From positions 1-55,865 of the IMG/VR virus record IMGVR_UViG_3300045303_000324: a stretch of DNA of 55,865 nt. One strand, 5' to 3'. Under the pieces are notes generated by a model. It ran no database searches. It saw only the letters and a list, made by a program, of their open reading frames with translations, and was not told the origin of the DNA. The translations under genes were made by a program, and so were the position numbers. Each line of letters opens with the position of its first letter. The stretch's first letter is position 1. The DNA comes from a virus. Positions 36,830 through 44,834 of this stretch are shown here, piece by piece.

Positions 36830-37096
36830 TCACGAAGGAGGCAAATCCGTGTGTGGCACCAGAGATTCGTACGTTGTTGCCTGAATTCGTGCTATCGCGT
36901 CGTCGAAATCCTGAGGGGTGAGATTGTTATTGGCGAACATCGCCTTCAAAATCGCTTCCAGCTTTGGTTCAGCCTTGATGCCGGCGCCGACGATTCCAAG
37001 GATCATCGGAATCAGGGGGTTGATAGCCGCCACGAAAGGCACTACAGTGCCAATTCCAGCGGAAATTTCGTCGGCAGTTTTCTGGCTTAAAGGCAT
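36830..37096 (-). CDS. small membrane protein
   Basis: 88 aa with a hydrophobic core, VVPFVAAINPLIPMILGIVGAGI. Confidence 0.5.
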   Translation of the reverse strand: MPLSQKTADEISAGIGTVVPFVAAINPLIPMILGIVGAGIKAEPKLEAILKAMFANNNLTPQDFDDAIARIQATTYESLVPHTDLPPS

Positions 37097-37101
37097 AGTA
37101 T

Positions 37102-37503
37102 TCAGGGTAGTTTTACGCCAAGACTGACCAGGAGATTGTAAAGATCGTTGGCCGACGCGACCAGCGCGGCTTCAGCCTGTTTCCAAGCACTCGTGTTTCC
37201 AGCGTTCTGAGCTTCGAGGATGGCTTTCCCCGCTTTGAGCAGGGCAATGTCGGCAACCCGGTATTGGTCATAGGCTGCCTTTACCTTGGCCTCTACAGCC
37301 ACTCCGGGGTGATTGGTTTGCACATACTTGTCCCAAAGCCCCAAAGCAGCTTCCACGGTCACTGTGGCCGTCTGGGCAGTCACGTACGCAGCTTTGGGAG
37401 TGGACTTACAACCGGAGGTCTGAATCGCCACCGGGACAGATACCAGAGCAATCAAAAAGGTAAAACTGACAATCCAGCGGGCGAGCTTTTCGCGTGCAGT
37501 CAT
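37102..37503 (-). CDS. lipoprotein
   Basis: Signal peptide with lipobox (VAIQTSGC). The mature part is helical. Confidence 0.65.
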   Translation of the reverse strand: MTAREKLARWIVSFTFLIALVSVPVAIQTSGCKSTPKAAYVTAQTATVTVEAALGLWDKYVQTNHPGVAVEAKVKAAYDQYRVADIALLKAGKAILEAQNAGNTSAWKQAEAALVASANDLYNLLVSLGVKLP

Positions 37504-37512
37504 GCGTTCAAC

Positions 37513-37791
37513 CTAGTGCCCGTTACCGTTGTGGGCAAGTCTTGATTTAAGTGCATTCAGGGGCACCCAAAAGTCACCGGAATTCGCCGCCAGAGGAAGG
37601 AACTTGCCATGCTTTAGCGCCACACTCACCAGCACAGGAATCCGTTTAACCCCGTTTCCGTTTTTTCCATCCAACCGGTAAAGGTTTGCTATCCGGTGAA
37701 TGCACTTGGATGTCTGCGTAACACGCGCCACCATCGGCGAAGCTCCATTCGATGGAACAAACAGGTAAAAACCAACGTCGAGGTTGGGCAC
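37513..37791 (-). CDS. hypothetical protein
   Basis: 92-aa ORF. Confidence 0.45.
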   Translation of the reverse strand: MPNLDVGFYLFVPSNGASPMVARVTQTSKCIHRIANLYRLDGKNGNGVKRIPVLVSVALKHGKFLPLAANSGDFWVPLNALKSRLAHNGNGH

Positions 37792-37797
37792 ACATTC

Positions 37798-38361
37798 CTA
37801 GCGTCGATCGGTGCGATCGCAGGCCGGACCGGCGTAGGCCGAATTACCTACTGAATTGAAGGCGAACAGGCGGTAACAATACCGGGTCCGTTTCTGAAGC
37901 GTATTGTCGATGAAGGAGCTCGTGTTGGCGGGTGAGGTGCCGATACGGATGAATGGTCCCCCACTCCCGATAGCGCGCTCGATCCCGAATCCATCCTCGT
38001 TATCCGCCATGTCCTGCCAGTTCAAGTCAATACGGCTGGCGGACGTGACCGTGGTGCTCAAATTGGAAGGCGGTGACGGCGCGGTGAACGGGATACGGTT
38101 CGTGGTAACGTTGCTGGGCCCGCTCTCAGCGTCCTGGTTGAACGCGGTGACGTAATGCTGGTAGGTCACGCCCAAGGTCAGATTGGACACGGTGGCGCTC
38201 GTCGTGGTGTTGGTCAGGACCGGCGTGAAGGTGGCCCCGCCGTTGGTGGATTGGTAAAGTTTGTAGCCGGTAGGGTTCCCGGTGGAGGCCAGCCACACGA
38301 AATTTATGGACGCTCCGAAAGCGGCTTGAGCGGCGAACAGTAGAACGAGAAGCAATTTCAT
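37798..38361 (-). CDS. secreted protein with two fibronectin type III-like domains
   Basis: Signal peptide MKLLLVLLFAAQAAFG. Two FN3-like repeats (..YKLYQS..SNLT..Y.. and ..LNWQD..ERA..YRLFAFN). Confidence 0.7.
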   Translation of the reverse strand: MKLLLVLLFAAQAAFGASINFVWLASTGNPTGYKLYQSTNGGATFTPVLTNTTTSATVSNLTLGVTYQHYVTAFNQDAESGPSNVTTNRIPFTAPSPPSNLSTTVTSASRIDLNWQDMADNEDGFGIERAIGSGGPFIRIGTSPANTSSFIDNTLQKRTRYCYRLFAFNSVGNSAYAGPACDRTDRR

Positions 38362-38612
38362 GATTTGTCGAAAAAGTAACTCAGCAGGTAAACTGGCATG
38401 AATACGATGTCAAACGGCACTGAAACAGGGAGCAACAACAGCCACGCAGGAGTGTGAACCTTTCCGTCGGTCGCGCTATCGTTAGCGTCGGTCTTGGCCA
38501 TTGCGATCACGAAGCCCGTGGCAGGTGGGGTGGGGAGTGAGGCGCAACCTGACAAAGCAAGAGCGCAGACCAGTGAAAGTAGCAAATCTGATCTGCGCCC
38601 TAAATGCACCAT
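38358..38612 (-). CDS. lipoprotein with a C-terminal TM helix (u-spanin-like)
   Basis: ATG at 38612. Lipobox LALSGC. C-terminal AWLLLLPVSVPFDIVFMPVYLLSYFF. A TTG at 38657 is an alternative start. Confidence 0.5.
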   Translation of the reverse strand: MVHLGRRSDLLLSLVCALALSGCASLPTPPATGFVIAMAKTDANDSATDGKVHTPAWLLLLPVSVPFDIVFMPVYLLSYFFDKS

Positions 38613-38653
38613 CTTGCGACGGCGATTTATTTGAGTGCGTCTCACAAGATTTG

Positions 38654-38884
38654 TCAAGACGGCTCAGGATTGAATTGATCGCGTTCAATCATTCGTTCGA
38701 TGTCGTGATATGCGTATGACGCTCCAGCACGCCACACCGCTTGATCGCAACCCGGAAACGCTTCTGACCATTGCTTGGAGGATAATGCTTCTCCCGATGT
38801 TCTGCTTCTCAGATACTCTTTTAGCGTCGGGCGTTCCCGTCGCATCTTTTCAAGGATAAGGTTCTGACCTTCCTCAACTGTCAT
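38654..38884 (-). CDS. hypothetical protein
   Basis: 76 aa, MTVEEGQNL... The start lies inside the 22-bp repeat. Confidence 0.5.
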   Translation of the reverse strand: MTVEEGQNLILEKMRRERPTLKEYLRSRTSGEALSSKQWSEAFPGCDQAVWRAGASYAYHDIERMIERDQFNPEPS

Positions 38885-38934
38885 TTCTTACTTCCTCAAC
38901 TGTCATTTCTTACTTCCTCAACTGTCATTTCGTT
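38869..38934. repeat. 22-bp tandem repeat, about 3 copies
   Basis: CTTCCTCAACTGTCATTTCTTA occurs twice, plus a third copy that diverges in its last 3 nt. On the minus strand each copy reads ..ATGACAGTTGAGGAAG. Confidence 0.85.
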
Positions 38935-39171
38935 CACGGGTGGCGCTAGCGTTGATCGGATTGTTGCCGCCGCCACATCATCGACATGCAGCACTTCTTT
39001 TAGGTCTGGCATTGGGTCGTTCGCCGTGGTGAGGGCGATTTTGCCGTTGCAGTCGTTGTTTCCGGCTACGGCGTCGTAGAGAATTCCCGCCACAGCTACC
39101 TTTCGGTAGGCGTTTGGCATCAGAATTACCCTGTCACCGTTTTTTGCTTCTCTTCAATTTTTGTAGTGCAT
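38896..39171 (-). pseudogene. paralogue of 44600..44833 interrupted by TGA at codon 6
   Basis: The minus strand reads ATG CAC TAC AAA AAT TGA AGA GAA.., whereas the paralogue has ATG CAC TAC AAA AAC GGA CGC GAA... An ORF from Met18 (38896..39120) stays open. Confidence 0.55.
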
Positions 39172-39174
39172 AAA

Positions 39175-39324
39175 TCAAGGATGCCCCAGCCCGATGATGA
39201 CTAGCAAGCCAAATATCAGGAGCGTGAGCCAGACATAACGCCAGCCCTTTATGCTGGTCGGCCCCGAAAGCCAAAGACCGAACACCAAGGCGATGCCGAC
39301 ACCTATCCAATAAGCAGTCTTCAA
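39175..39324 (-). CDS. possible 49-aa two-TM membrane protein
   Basis: Not in the track because it is under 60 aa. The TTG start overlaps the upstream stop (TTGA). Sequence MKTAYWIGVGIALVFGLWL...LTLLIFGLLVIIGLG. Confidence 0.3.
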   Translation of the reverse strand: MKTAYWIGVGIALVFGLWLSGPTSIKGWRYVWLTLLIFGLLVIIGLGHP

Positions 39325-39575
39325 TACTGAATGAAGCCGTGCCCAATCAAACTCATCAGGAAATTGATGACGACGATTGCGCCGAGCAGGATAAAAAGCC
39401 CGTTCCAGACTGTGAAGGCGATTGCCGGGGCGCTAAACGCCTTTCCCGCCATGTTTCCGAGCCACCAGACGATCAGGGCGCACACCGCAATAACGAGCAC
39501 CACGAACGTTTGGTGAACGAGGGAGCTGCCGTCGCCCGCGGTGGAGGCCAGCATGGGGATAACTTGTGAATTCAT
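39321..39575 (-). CDS. holin-like two-TM protein
   Basis: 84 aa. TM helices TFVVLVIAVCALIVWWLG and GLFILLGAIVVINFLMSLIG. Confidence 0.5.
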   Translation of the reverse strand: MNSQVIPMLASTAGDGSSLVHQTFVVLVIAVCALIVWWLGNMAGKAFSAPAIAFTVWNGLFILLGAIVVINFLMSLIGHGFIQY

Positions 39576-39895
39576 AGTGTTTTGGGTTTTGCGGGGGTTG
39601 TGTTTGAGCTGGAATCGACTGTTGCTTGTTTTGAGACGTGGGAGAGATACGCGTTCATCGCTTCGGTGGCAGCCTTCAAATCAGCCGGGTCTTTTGTAAT
39701 GGCCGCCTTCGCTGCCGTGACTTCAGCCAGGCTTTTGAGTGACAGTCCCATCGCCGAATTGGTAAGGGTATGAATCTGTTCGACGGTTCCGGCAGTTTTC
39801 TTCGCGCGCCAGGCATTCCAGGCAGTCAAAAGGCCGAGTAAGAGCAAGAACAAATTCTGGCCCAAACTCGACCAATCCGTGTTCGGCGAGGTCAC
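39572..39895 (-). CDS. single-TM membrane protein
   Basis: 107 aa. TM helix LGQNLFLLLLGLLTAWNAW followed by a helical tail. Confidence 0.5.
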   Translation of the reverse strand: MTSPNTDWSSLGQNLFLLLLGLLTAWNAWRAKKTAGTVEQIHTLTNSAMGLSLKSLAEVTAAKAAITKDPADLKAATEAMNAYLSHVSKQATVDSSSNTTPAKPKTL

Positions 39896-39903
39896 TTACG
39901 TGA

Positions 39904-40416
39904 TTACGGCTTCGCAGCAGGTTTCGCTTCCGGTGGGCCAGAAGTGATTCCCAGGTTCTTGGCGTTCGCGCCCGTCACCGTGAGGTTGATCGTGTCGGAG
40001 ATGGTCTCCACGCCGGAACCCAGGTCCGCGTCCGCGGTGACCAAATAGGCCGTGTCGCCGGGAGTGTCGGAACTCACGAGAGTCGCCGACAATCCGTCAC
40101 CGGCCACAATCAGGGTTGAATCTCCGCTGGTGACTGACCAGACGGGTGCGCCGTCCAGCTTGGCCGGTTTGCCCGTGTCCGTTACGGGTGTGAGCGTGAC
40201 AGGAATCTGTTGCTCGTTTGTAATTTTCAAGTCCATAGGTTTTAGTACTGGTTGGTTTTTGTTTTGCACCGGACCTACCGACCAGTCGAAGGAAATCGTG
40301 GAAGGATTTTTGCCGCCCTTGATCAGGGCGGACAAACGATCTTCCATGAGTTCCAAGTCATGCTTCGTCGCTGCGTGGCTACGATTCTCTGGTCGCCAGT
40401 GCCGATGATTTCTCAT
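39904..40416 (-). CDS. Ig-like (Big_2-type) domain protein
   Basis: The pattern PVTLTPVTDTGKPAKLDGAPVWSVTSGDSTLIV..GDTAYLVTADAD..INLTVTG. The start is uncertain. Confidence 0.55.
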   Translation of the reverse strand: MRNHRHWRPENRSHAATKHDLELMEDRLSALIKGGKNPSTISFDWSVGPVQNKNQPVLKPMDLKITNEQQIPVTLTPVTDTGKPAKLDGAPVWSVTSGDSTLIVAGDGLSATLVSSDTPGDTAYLVTADADLGSGVETISDTINLTVTGANAKNLGITSGPPEAKPAAKP

Positions 40417-40474
40417 TCAGACTGATAGCCTACGCTCTTGCCCCCATAAGGCAATCGGGGATTTACCCCCGAGC

Positions 40475-41731
40475 TCACAAATTGTATTTGGGTTGCAGAT
40501 AACTGTCGAAAATCGTGTCCATCTCGGCCGGGGTCCGGTTGGCGGCGTAGATGATGATTTCGGCGATGTCGCCAACGAAGAAACTACCACCGGACCGTTG
40601 CCCGACACAATTAACCGTTGGAGTCTGGGAGGTGCCGGTTCCACGCTCTACCTTATTTTCACGGATCGAAGTGATCGAACCTCCCTTGTTGGCGATCGCA
40701 TTGGCGCATTTCCACACCGACTCGGCGGCGGTGAAAGTTCCCGATACAGAGCCCGCCGTGCTCAAAACCCGGCAAATCTTTGCATTGAAGGCGTTGTGCT
40801 CGAACCCATCGCCGTTTACGGAACCACCTATGGAAATGACTCCGGCGCCAGAAGTGTTCGATTCAACCACCAGCCAGGACCAGATCAGACCCAGTGTCAG
40901 GGTGTTGGTCATGTTCAGAAAATCGTCGGTGCCATCAAATCTTACCGCGGGTTTACCGTTTACCACATTGGTCTTGAATAAGGGCCTGAATCCCGCTGTT
41001 CCTTGGACAAGGGTGTTGGCCAGCCCACTGCCATCGGTCCAGGAAATCACCGGATCATTATTTGCCAAAGCGAGCGAGTCCGCATTCCACCATGAAACCA
41101 GATTGCTAAAAACCGGAAGTGTTGGGCCAACCGGAGCTGACGCTGGAGGATTGGTGGCCAGCGTCGCGAGTTGGTTCACCGAAAACGCTTCCGGGCCACC
41201 CGGCATGGACGCAATCAGGCAATCGCACTGCGCCAGGATCGATGTCAGGTTGACCGTCTGAAACTGACCGAGCCATGCCATGAGCAACAGCGCGATCTCG
41301 ACTTCGAGCGGTTGACCGTCCAGGCAGGCGATACAGGGGTTGGCGTCGAGCAGCGCGGAAGGATTCAGGTTGCCAGTGGGACTGAGCGTCAGGAAGCTCT
41401 GCGAGGCCAGTGTGGTGGCCAGGGTGAGAATGACGTTAGGATCCAGGCACCCGACACAGGGGTTGGCCAGCGCAATCGTTTCTGGGTCACACCCGAACGT
41501 CGGCGTGGTGACCCGATTCAGCAGGCAGAGCAGTTGCGCCTGAAGAAAGGCGAGCTTCTGAGGTGACAGACAGGAGACGCAGCCATTGGCGACCGTGCCG
41601 CAGTTGAACGTGGGCGCGTAGGTCTTGACGATGTCGCACAGGAGCGCGGCGTACACCCGGCGTTTGGCCAACGGAGAAAGCCCGCCGTAGAGACGGCCGG
41701 TGGCGAGTGTGGTGTTGACGTCCAGGGGCAT
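40475..41731 (-). CDS. LamG/ConA-like lectin-domain tail protein with N-terminal CxxC repeats
   Basis: The C-half (WTDGSGLANTL..NGKPAVRFDGTDDFL) is LamG-like. The N-half has three copies of N-x-C-[VI]-x-C-L-[SD]-[PG]. Confidence 0.65.
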   Translation of the reverse strand: MPLDVNTTLATGRLYGGLSPLAKRRVYAALLCDIVKTYAPTFNCGTVANGCVSCLSPQKLAFLQAQLLCLLNRVTTPTFGCDPETIALANPCVGCLDPNVILTLATTLASQSFLTLSPTGNLNPSALLDANPCIACLDGQPLEVEIALLLMAWLGQFQTVNLTSILAQCDCLIASMPGGPEAFSVNQLATLATNPPASAPVGPTLPVFSNLVSWWNADSLALANNDPVISWTDGSGLANTLVQGTAGFRPLFKTNVVNGKPAVRFDGTDDFLNMTNTLTLGLIWSWLVVESNTSGAGVISIGGSVNGDGFEHNAFNAKICRVLSTAGSVSGTFTAAESVWKCANAIANKGGSITSIRENKVERGTGTSQTPTVNCVGQRSGGSFFVGDIAEIIIYAANRTPAEMDTIFDSYLQPKYNL

Positions 41732-41734
41732 TGG

Positions 41735-43558
41735 TCACTTCACGATGTAGGTAAAATGCACGTAGGTGGTTTGGGCGGTAACATCCGATGATTTCCAGAT
41801 CAATTCCGCCCGGTCATTGACTGTTTCTCCACGCACAGCCATCACTTGGCCGACAATACCGGGTGAGCATCCGGTTCCAGCGCAATCTCCGGTAGCCGTA
41901 AGATTTGAGGCAATCGGAAGTGAAATTCCAGCGATCGTTGTGGTGGCCGTCAGTGTCGGGTCAATCGACATTTCTCCTGCCACCGTCACCGTGTTTCCAA
42001 CACGCTGATACTGCCAGGTGCTCGCGGCTGTTGGCAAACTGTCCAGATTGGCCACGTTGAAGAAAGTGGGGTTGTAGGTGGTGCCAACGGCGGCAGTCCA
42101 GGTCAATGTTACGTTCCCACCTGCCGGCGCACTCGCAGCCAGTACTTGACCCGCAGTTGGATCAGCAGAAGGAAGAATGAAATTGAGTGTTGAAGCTGGC
42201 ACTGAAGCGGGAGAAAAACTCTGTTTGTTGGCGCTGGCGCTGGATGCCAGGGTGAATTTACCACTCAAAGAAGATGCTGTACCAAGTCTTAATTCCCCGC
42301 CCACAGCCAGATACATTGGGATTTTACTGGTGCCTTGATCGAACCATTCCCAATCGTGATTGTTTTGCTGAAATATTCCGACTCCACCACCGTCTGTGAA
42401 GGTCATAAACTGGCTTGGCCCAACGACCACACTCCCAACAAAGTTGTAGTTTGCCACGATGTTTGCAGTGTTCACCATCCAATTTCCCGACGAGTCCTGC
42501 CATTCAATGTGCTTGGCGAGTGGATTAACAACACCACTGATACCAGCCTGGAAAGAATTCCCCCATATTTTCACGAAATCAGAGCTAGCATCCGTATTCA
42601 CCACGTATCGGGTGGCCCGATTTCCTGGTATGTAATCGTTGTTGGTGCCCGTGCTGGTGTTCCCAAATACGATTACATTGGTGACTCCCGCCAGCCGTAT
42701 ATCGTCTTTCGTGCCGGGATTAAACGTGCCCGAAAGATTGAAGACGTTTCCCTCAATCAGCATGTTGTTGGCATTGGTCAAAAACACGCCATGCGCAAAC
42801 AGTCCCTTTCTAAAAACATTGTCGCTGATTACCGTTCCGTAAGGATGGAAACTGTAAGCCGGATCGTTCTGGATCAACACCCCCGACGTGATGTTTGTGC
42901 CTCCGTCATCCACCCCGTTTCCCATAGTGTAAAAAGCGTTTCCGCTGACCAGATCCAGGAAACTCTGGTAAAACCACATGCCATTGTGCTGTGAAGCCTC
43001 GAAAATGTTGTTCTTGAACCGGTGGTTGTTACCGTAAAACACCTTGACCTGATCCCAGTCACCAAAGAACCAGACATTTTCAACGGTTGAATCAGAAAGA
43101 TTGGTGAGACAAAGGGATGAATTTACGTTAGTCGCAAGGTTCAACGCGGCTTCCATGCGCAAATTCCGCATCTGGAACTGCTGGCCTGTGACCAATAGCG
43201 CATCAATAGTTCCGCTTGCCCGACGTTTCAAAATGGTTCCGTAGCCGTCCCCAAGAATTTGCACTCGGTCTTTGGAAACCGTAAGTCCATCATGCAGGTA
43301 AGTTCCTTTGGGGAAATAAACAATTGCCCCGTTTGAACTCGTCACTGCGCTCAAAGCTGATTGTATCGCCGCCGTATCGTTGGCGTTGCTGTTGCCAAGC
43401 GCATTGTAAGGCGGGTCTTTGACGTTGATCCAAAACGGCACCGTCCTGGTCCCGTTGATCGCATTCGTGCTCGCGACGTTGCGCAGGATCGGTGGGGGAA
43501 AAGCGGCAAACATATTGAGGGTGCTTGCCAGCCAAATCAAGGAGATCAGTTTTTTCAT
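41735..43558 (-). CDS. right-handed beta-helix tailspike/depolymerase (pectate-lyase fold)
   Basis: ATG at 43558 (MKKLISLIWLASTLNMFAA). NDTAAIQSAL..GAIVYFPKGTY, followed by repeated N-x-hydrophobic beta-helix rungs. Confidence 0.7.
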   Translation of the reverse strand: MKKLISLIWLASTLNMFAAFPPPILRNVASTNAINGTRTVPFWINVKDPPYNALGNSNANDTAAIQSALSAVTSSNGAIVYFPKGTYLHDGLTVSKDRVQILGDGYGTILKRRASGTIDALLVTGQQFQMRNLRMEAALNLATNVNSSLCLTNLSDSTVENVWFFGDWDQVKVFYGNNHRFKNNIFEASQHNGMWFYQSFLDLVSGNAFYTMGNGVDDGGTNITSGVLIQNDPAYSFHPYGTVISDNVFRKGLFAHGVFLTNANNMLIEGNVFNLSGTFNPGTKDDIRLAGVTNVIVFGNTSTGTNNDYIPGNRATRYVVNTDASSDFVKIWGNSFQAGISGVVNPLAKHIEWQDSSGNWMVNTANIVANYNFVGSVVVGPSQFMTFTDGGGVGIFQQNNHDWEWFDQGTSKIPMYLAVGGELRLGTASSLSGKFTLASSASANKQSFSPASVPASTLNFILPSADPTAGQVLAASAPAGGNVTLTWTAAVGTTYNPTFFNVANLDSLPTAASTWQYQRVGNTVTVAGEMSIDPTLTATTTIAGISLPIASNLTATGDCAGTGCSPGIVGQVMAVRGETVNDRAELIWKSSDVTAQTTYVHFTYIVK

Positions 43559-43560
43559 AT

Positions 43561-43959
43561 TCAGGGTCCGATTACGGGTTGCCACACTGCTCCATCCCAG
43601 ACCCATACTCCGCCGTTGTCCGTACGGTAATAAATCCCGCAGGCGCCTACAGGCGGCAACACAGGGTCCACCACACCGCATTGAACCGGGGTGTTCACCG
43701 GCGCCGGATTTAGGGCCACCAGGGCAATCTGCTGCAACAGGGCAATCTGAATCAGGGGGATCTGATACGGCCTGAGACACTGAAGGCAATTGATCGACTC
43801 AATAAGGGCGTTGGAGGAGACGTCAGCCATAGGGTTTAAGGCAAGCAGGATTTCCCTGAGCAAAGCCAGCTTGATTTTCTCCAGGTCGGTCTTCGATTCG
43901 TTGTCGAACGACCGCGCGTCGTGCAGAAGACCGGCGAGATTGGCGGTATCGGTGGCCAT
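43561..43959 (-). CDS. hypothetical protein with a CxxCL motif
   Basis: 132 aa. Contains INCLQCLRP. Confidence 0.5.
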   Translation of the reverse strand: MATDTANLAGLLHDARSFDNESKTDLEKIKLALLREILLALNPMADVSSNALIESINCLQCLRPYQIPLIQIALLQQIALVALNPAPVNTPVQCGVVDPVLPPVGACGIYYRTDNGGVWVWDGAVWQPVIGP

Positions 43960-43974
43960 AGTCCGGCCCCCGGT

Positions 43975-44331
43975 TTACGCCGACAGGCAGCGCAGAAACA
44001 CGTACAGGATGAACTGGTCGTGGTATTCTTCAAATTCCGGTGTGTCCTGCGCGATCGCATTGATGTCACTCGGAACCGTGGCGCCCGCCGCCACCGCCAC
44101 TTCCTTCGCAATCTCGATCAAAGCGGCATCCCGCTGGTCCCGCCGCATCGCGCGCCACGACGCCGCGGCCGCGAACAAGGCGTTTGGATTGGCCAGGTAA
44201 TTCACGCCGCCGCTGGCGGTCACCTTCTTGGCCAGCATGTAAATCAGCACGGCCTTGCGCCGGCGCGGCTTCATTCCCGCCCACGGCGCCGTCGCGAGAG
44301 AAACCATGTTCGAGATTGTGCAATTTGCCAC
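43975..44331 (-). CDS. hypothetical protein
   Basis: 118-aa ORF. Confidence 0.5.
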   Translation of the reverse strand: MANCTISNMVSLATAPWAGMKPRRRKAVLIYMLAKKVTASGGVNYLANPNALFAAAASWRAMRRDQRDAALIEIAKEVAVAAGATVPSDINAIAQDTPEFEEYHDQFILYVFLRCLSA

Positions 44332-44340
44332 GGGATTCCT

Positions 44341-44598
44341 TTAGTAAGTCGGTTGAGTTCCAGCGCCGCCCTTCTCCGCGAAGTGCCGGTCCATCGCGGC
44401 CATCGGGCCTTCGTCCTGTTCCGGACCTTCCTGGTAGGCGAGCGTCAAGGTCCCATCCTCATCTTTGGCGGTCACTTTGAAGGTGTCCCCCACCTTGCAA
44501 TCGTGCCCCTCGAAGTACTCGGGCGGGATCATCACCGTCTCGGCGCTCTCGTCGTCGCCGCCACTATCAGTCTGATCGGATGGAAGGTCTGAGGCCAT
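44341..44598 (-). CDS. acidic small protein
   Basis: ATG at 44598 (MASDLPSDQ..). Confidence 0.5.
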   Translation of the reverse strand: MASDLPSDQTDSGGDDESAETVMIPPEYFEGHDCKVGDTFKVTAKDEDGTLTLAYQEGPEQDEGPMAAMDRHFAEKGGAGTQPTY

Positions 44599-44599
44599 G

Positions 44600-44833
44600 T
44601 CAGTTTTTAGTGCTGTCGGGAATGGTTGCCGCCGAGATGTCGTCAACGTGTAGAACTTCTTTCAAGTCCGGCATGGGATCATTCGAGGTTGTTACCGCAA
44701 TTTTTCCGTTGCAGTCATTATTACCCGGAGTCGCATCATAGAGGATGCCAGCGACCGCCACCTTGCGATAACCATTAGGGAGCAGGATTACTCTATCTCC
44801 GTTCTTTGCTTCGCGTCCGTTTTTGTAGTGCAT
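44600..44833 (-). CDS. small conserved protein (intact paralogue of 38896..39171)
   Basis: 77 aa. MHYKNGREAKNGDRVILLPNGYRKVAVAGILYDA..NNDCNGKIAVTT.. Confidence 0.6.
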   Translation of the reverse strand: MHYKNGREAKNGDRVILLPNGYRKVAVAGILYDATPGNNDCNGKIAVTTSNDPMPDLKEVLHVDDISAATIPDSTKN

Positions 44834-44834
44834 A

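Noticed and set aside
36675-36833. A 52-aa minus-strand ORF with a GTG start overlapping the stop of 36830..37096 (GTGA). It runs antisense into the last 44 nt of the portal gene.
   Set aside because: It is plausible from the coupling and its amphipathic sequence. However, it is short, uses GTG, and overlaps a well-supported gene. The evidence is insufficient to call it.
39154-39156. In-frame TGA at a position where the paralogue has Gly. This raised the possibility of UGA=Gly recoding (genetic code 25).
   Set aside because: TGA is used as a genuine stop throughout this genome. It terminates dozens of ATGA/GTGA-coupled genes, including recT, dnaB and the rusA junction. A single GGA-to-TGA nonsense change is the simpler explanation.
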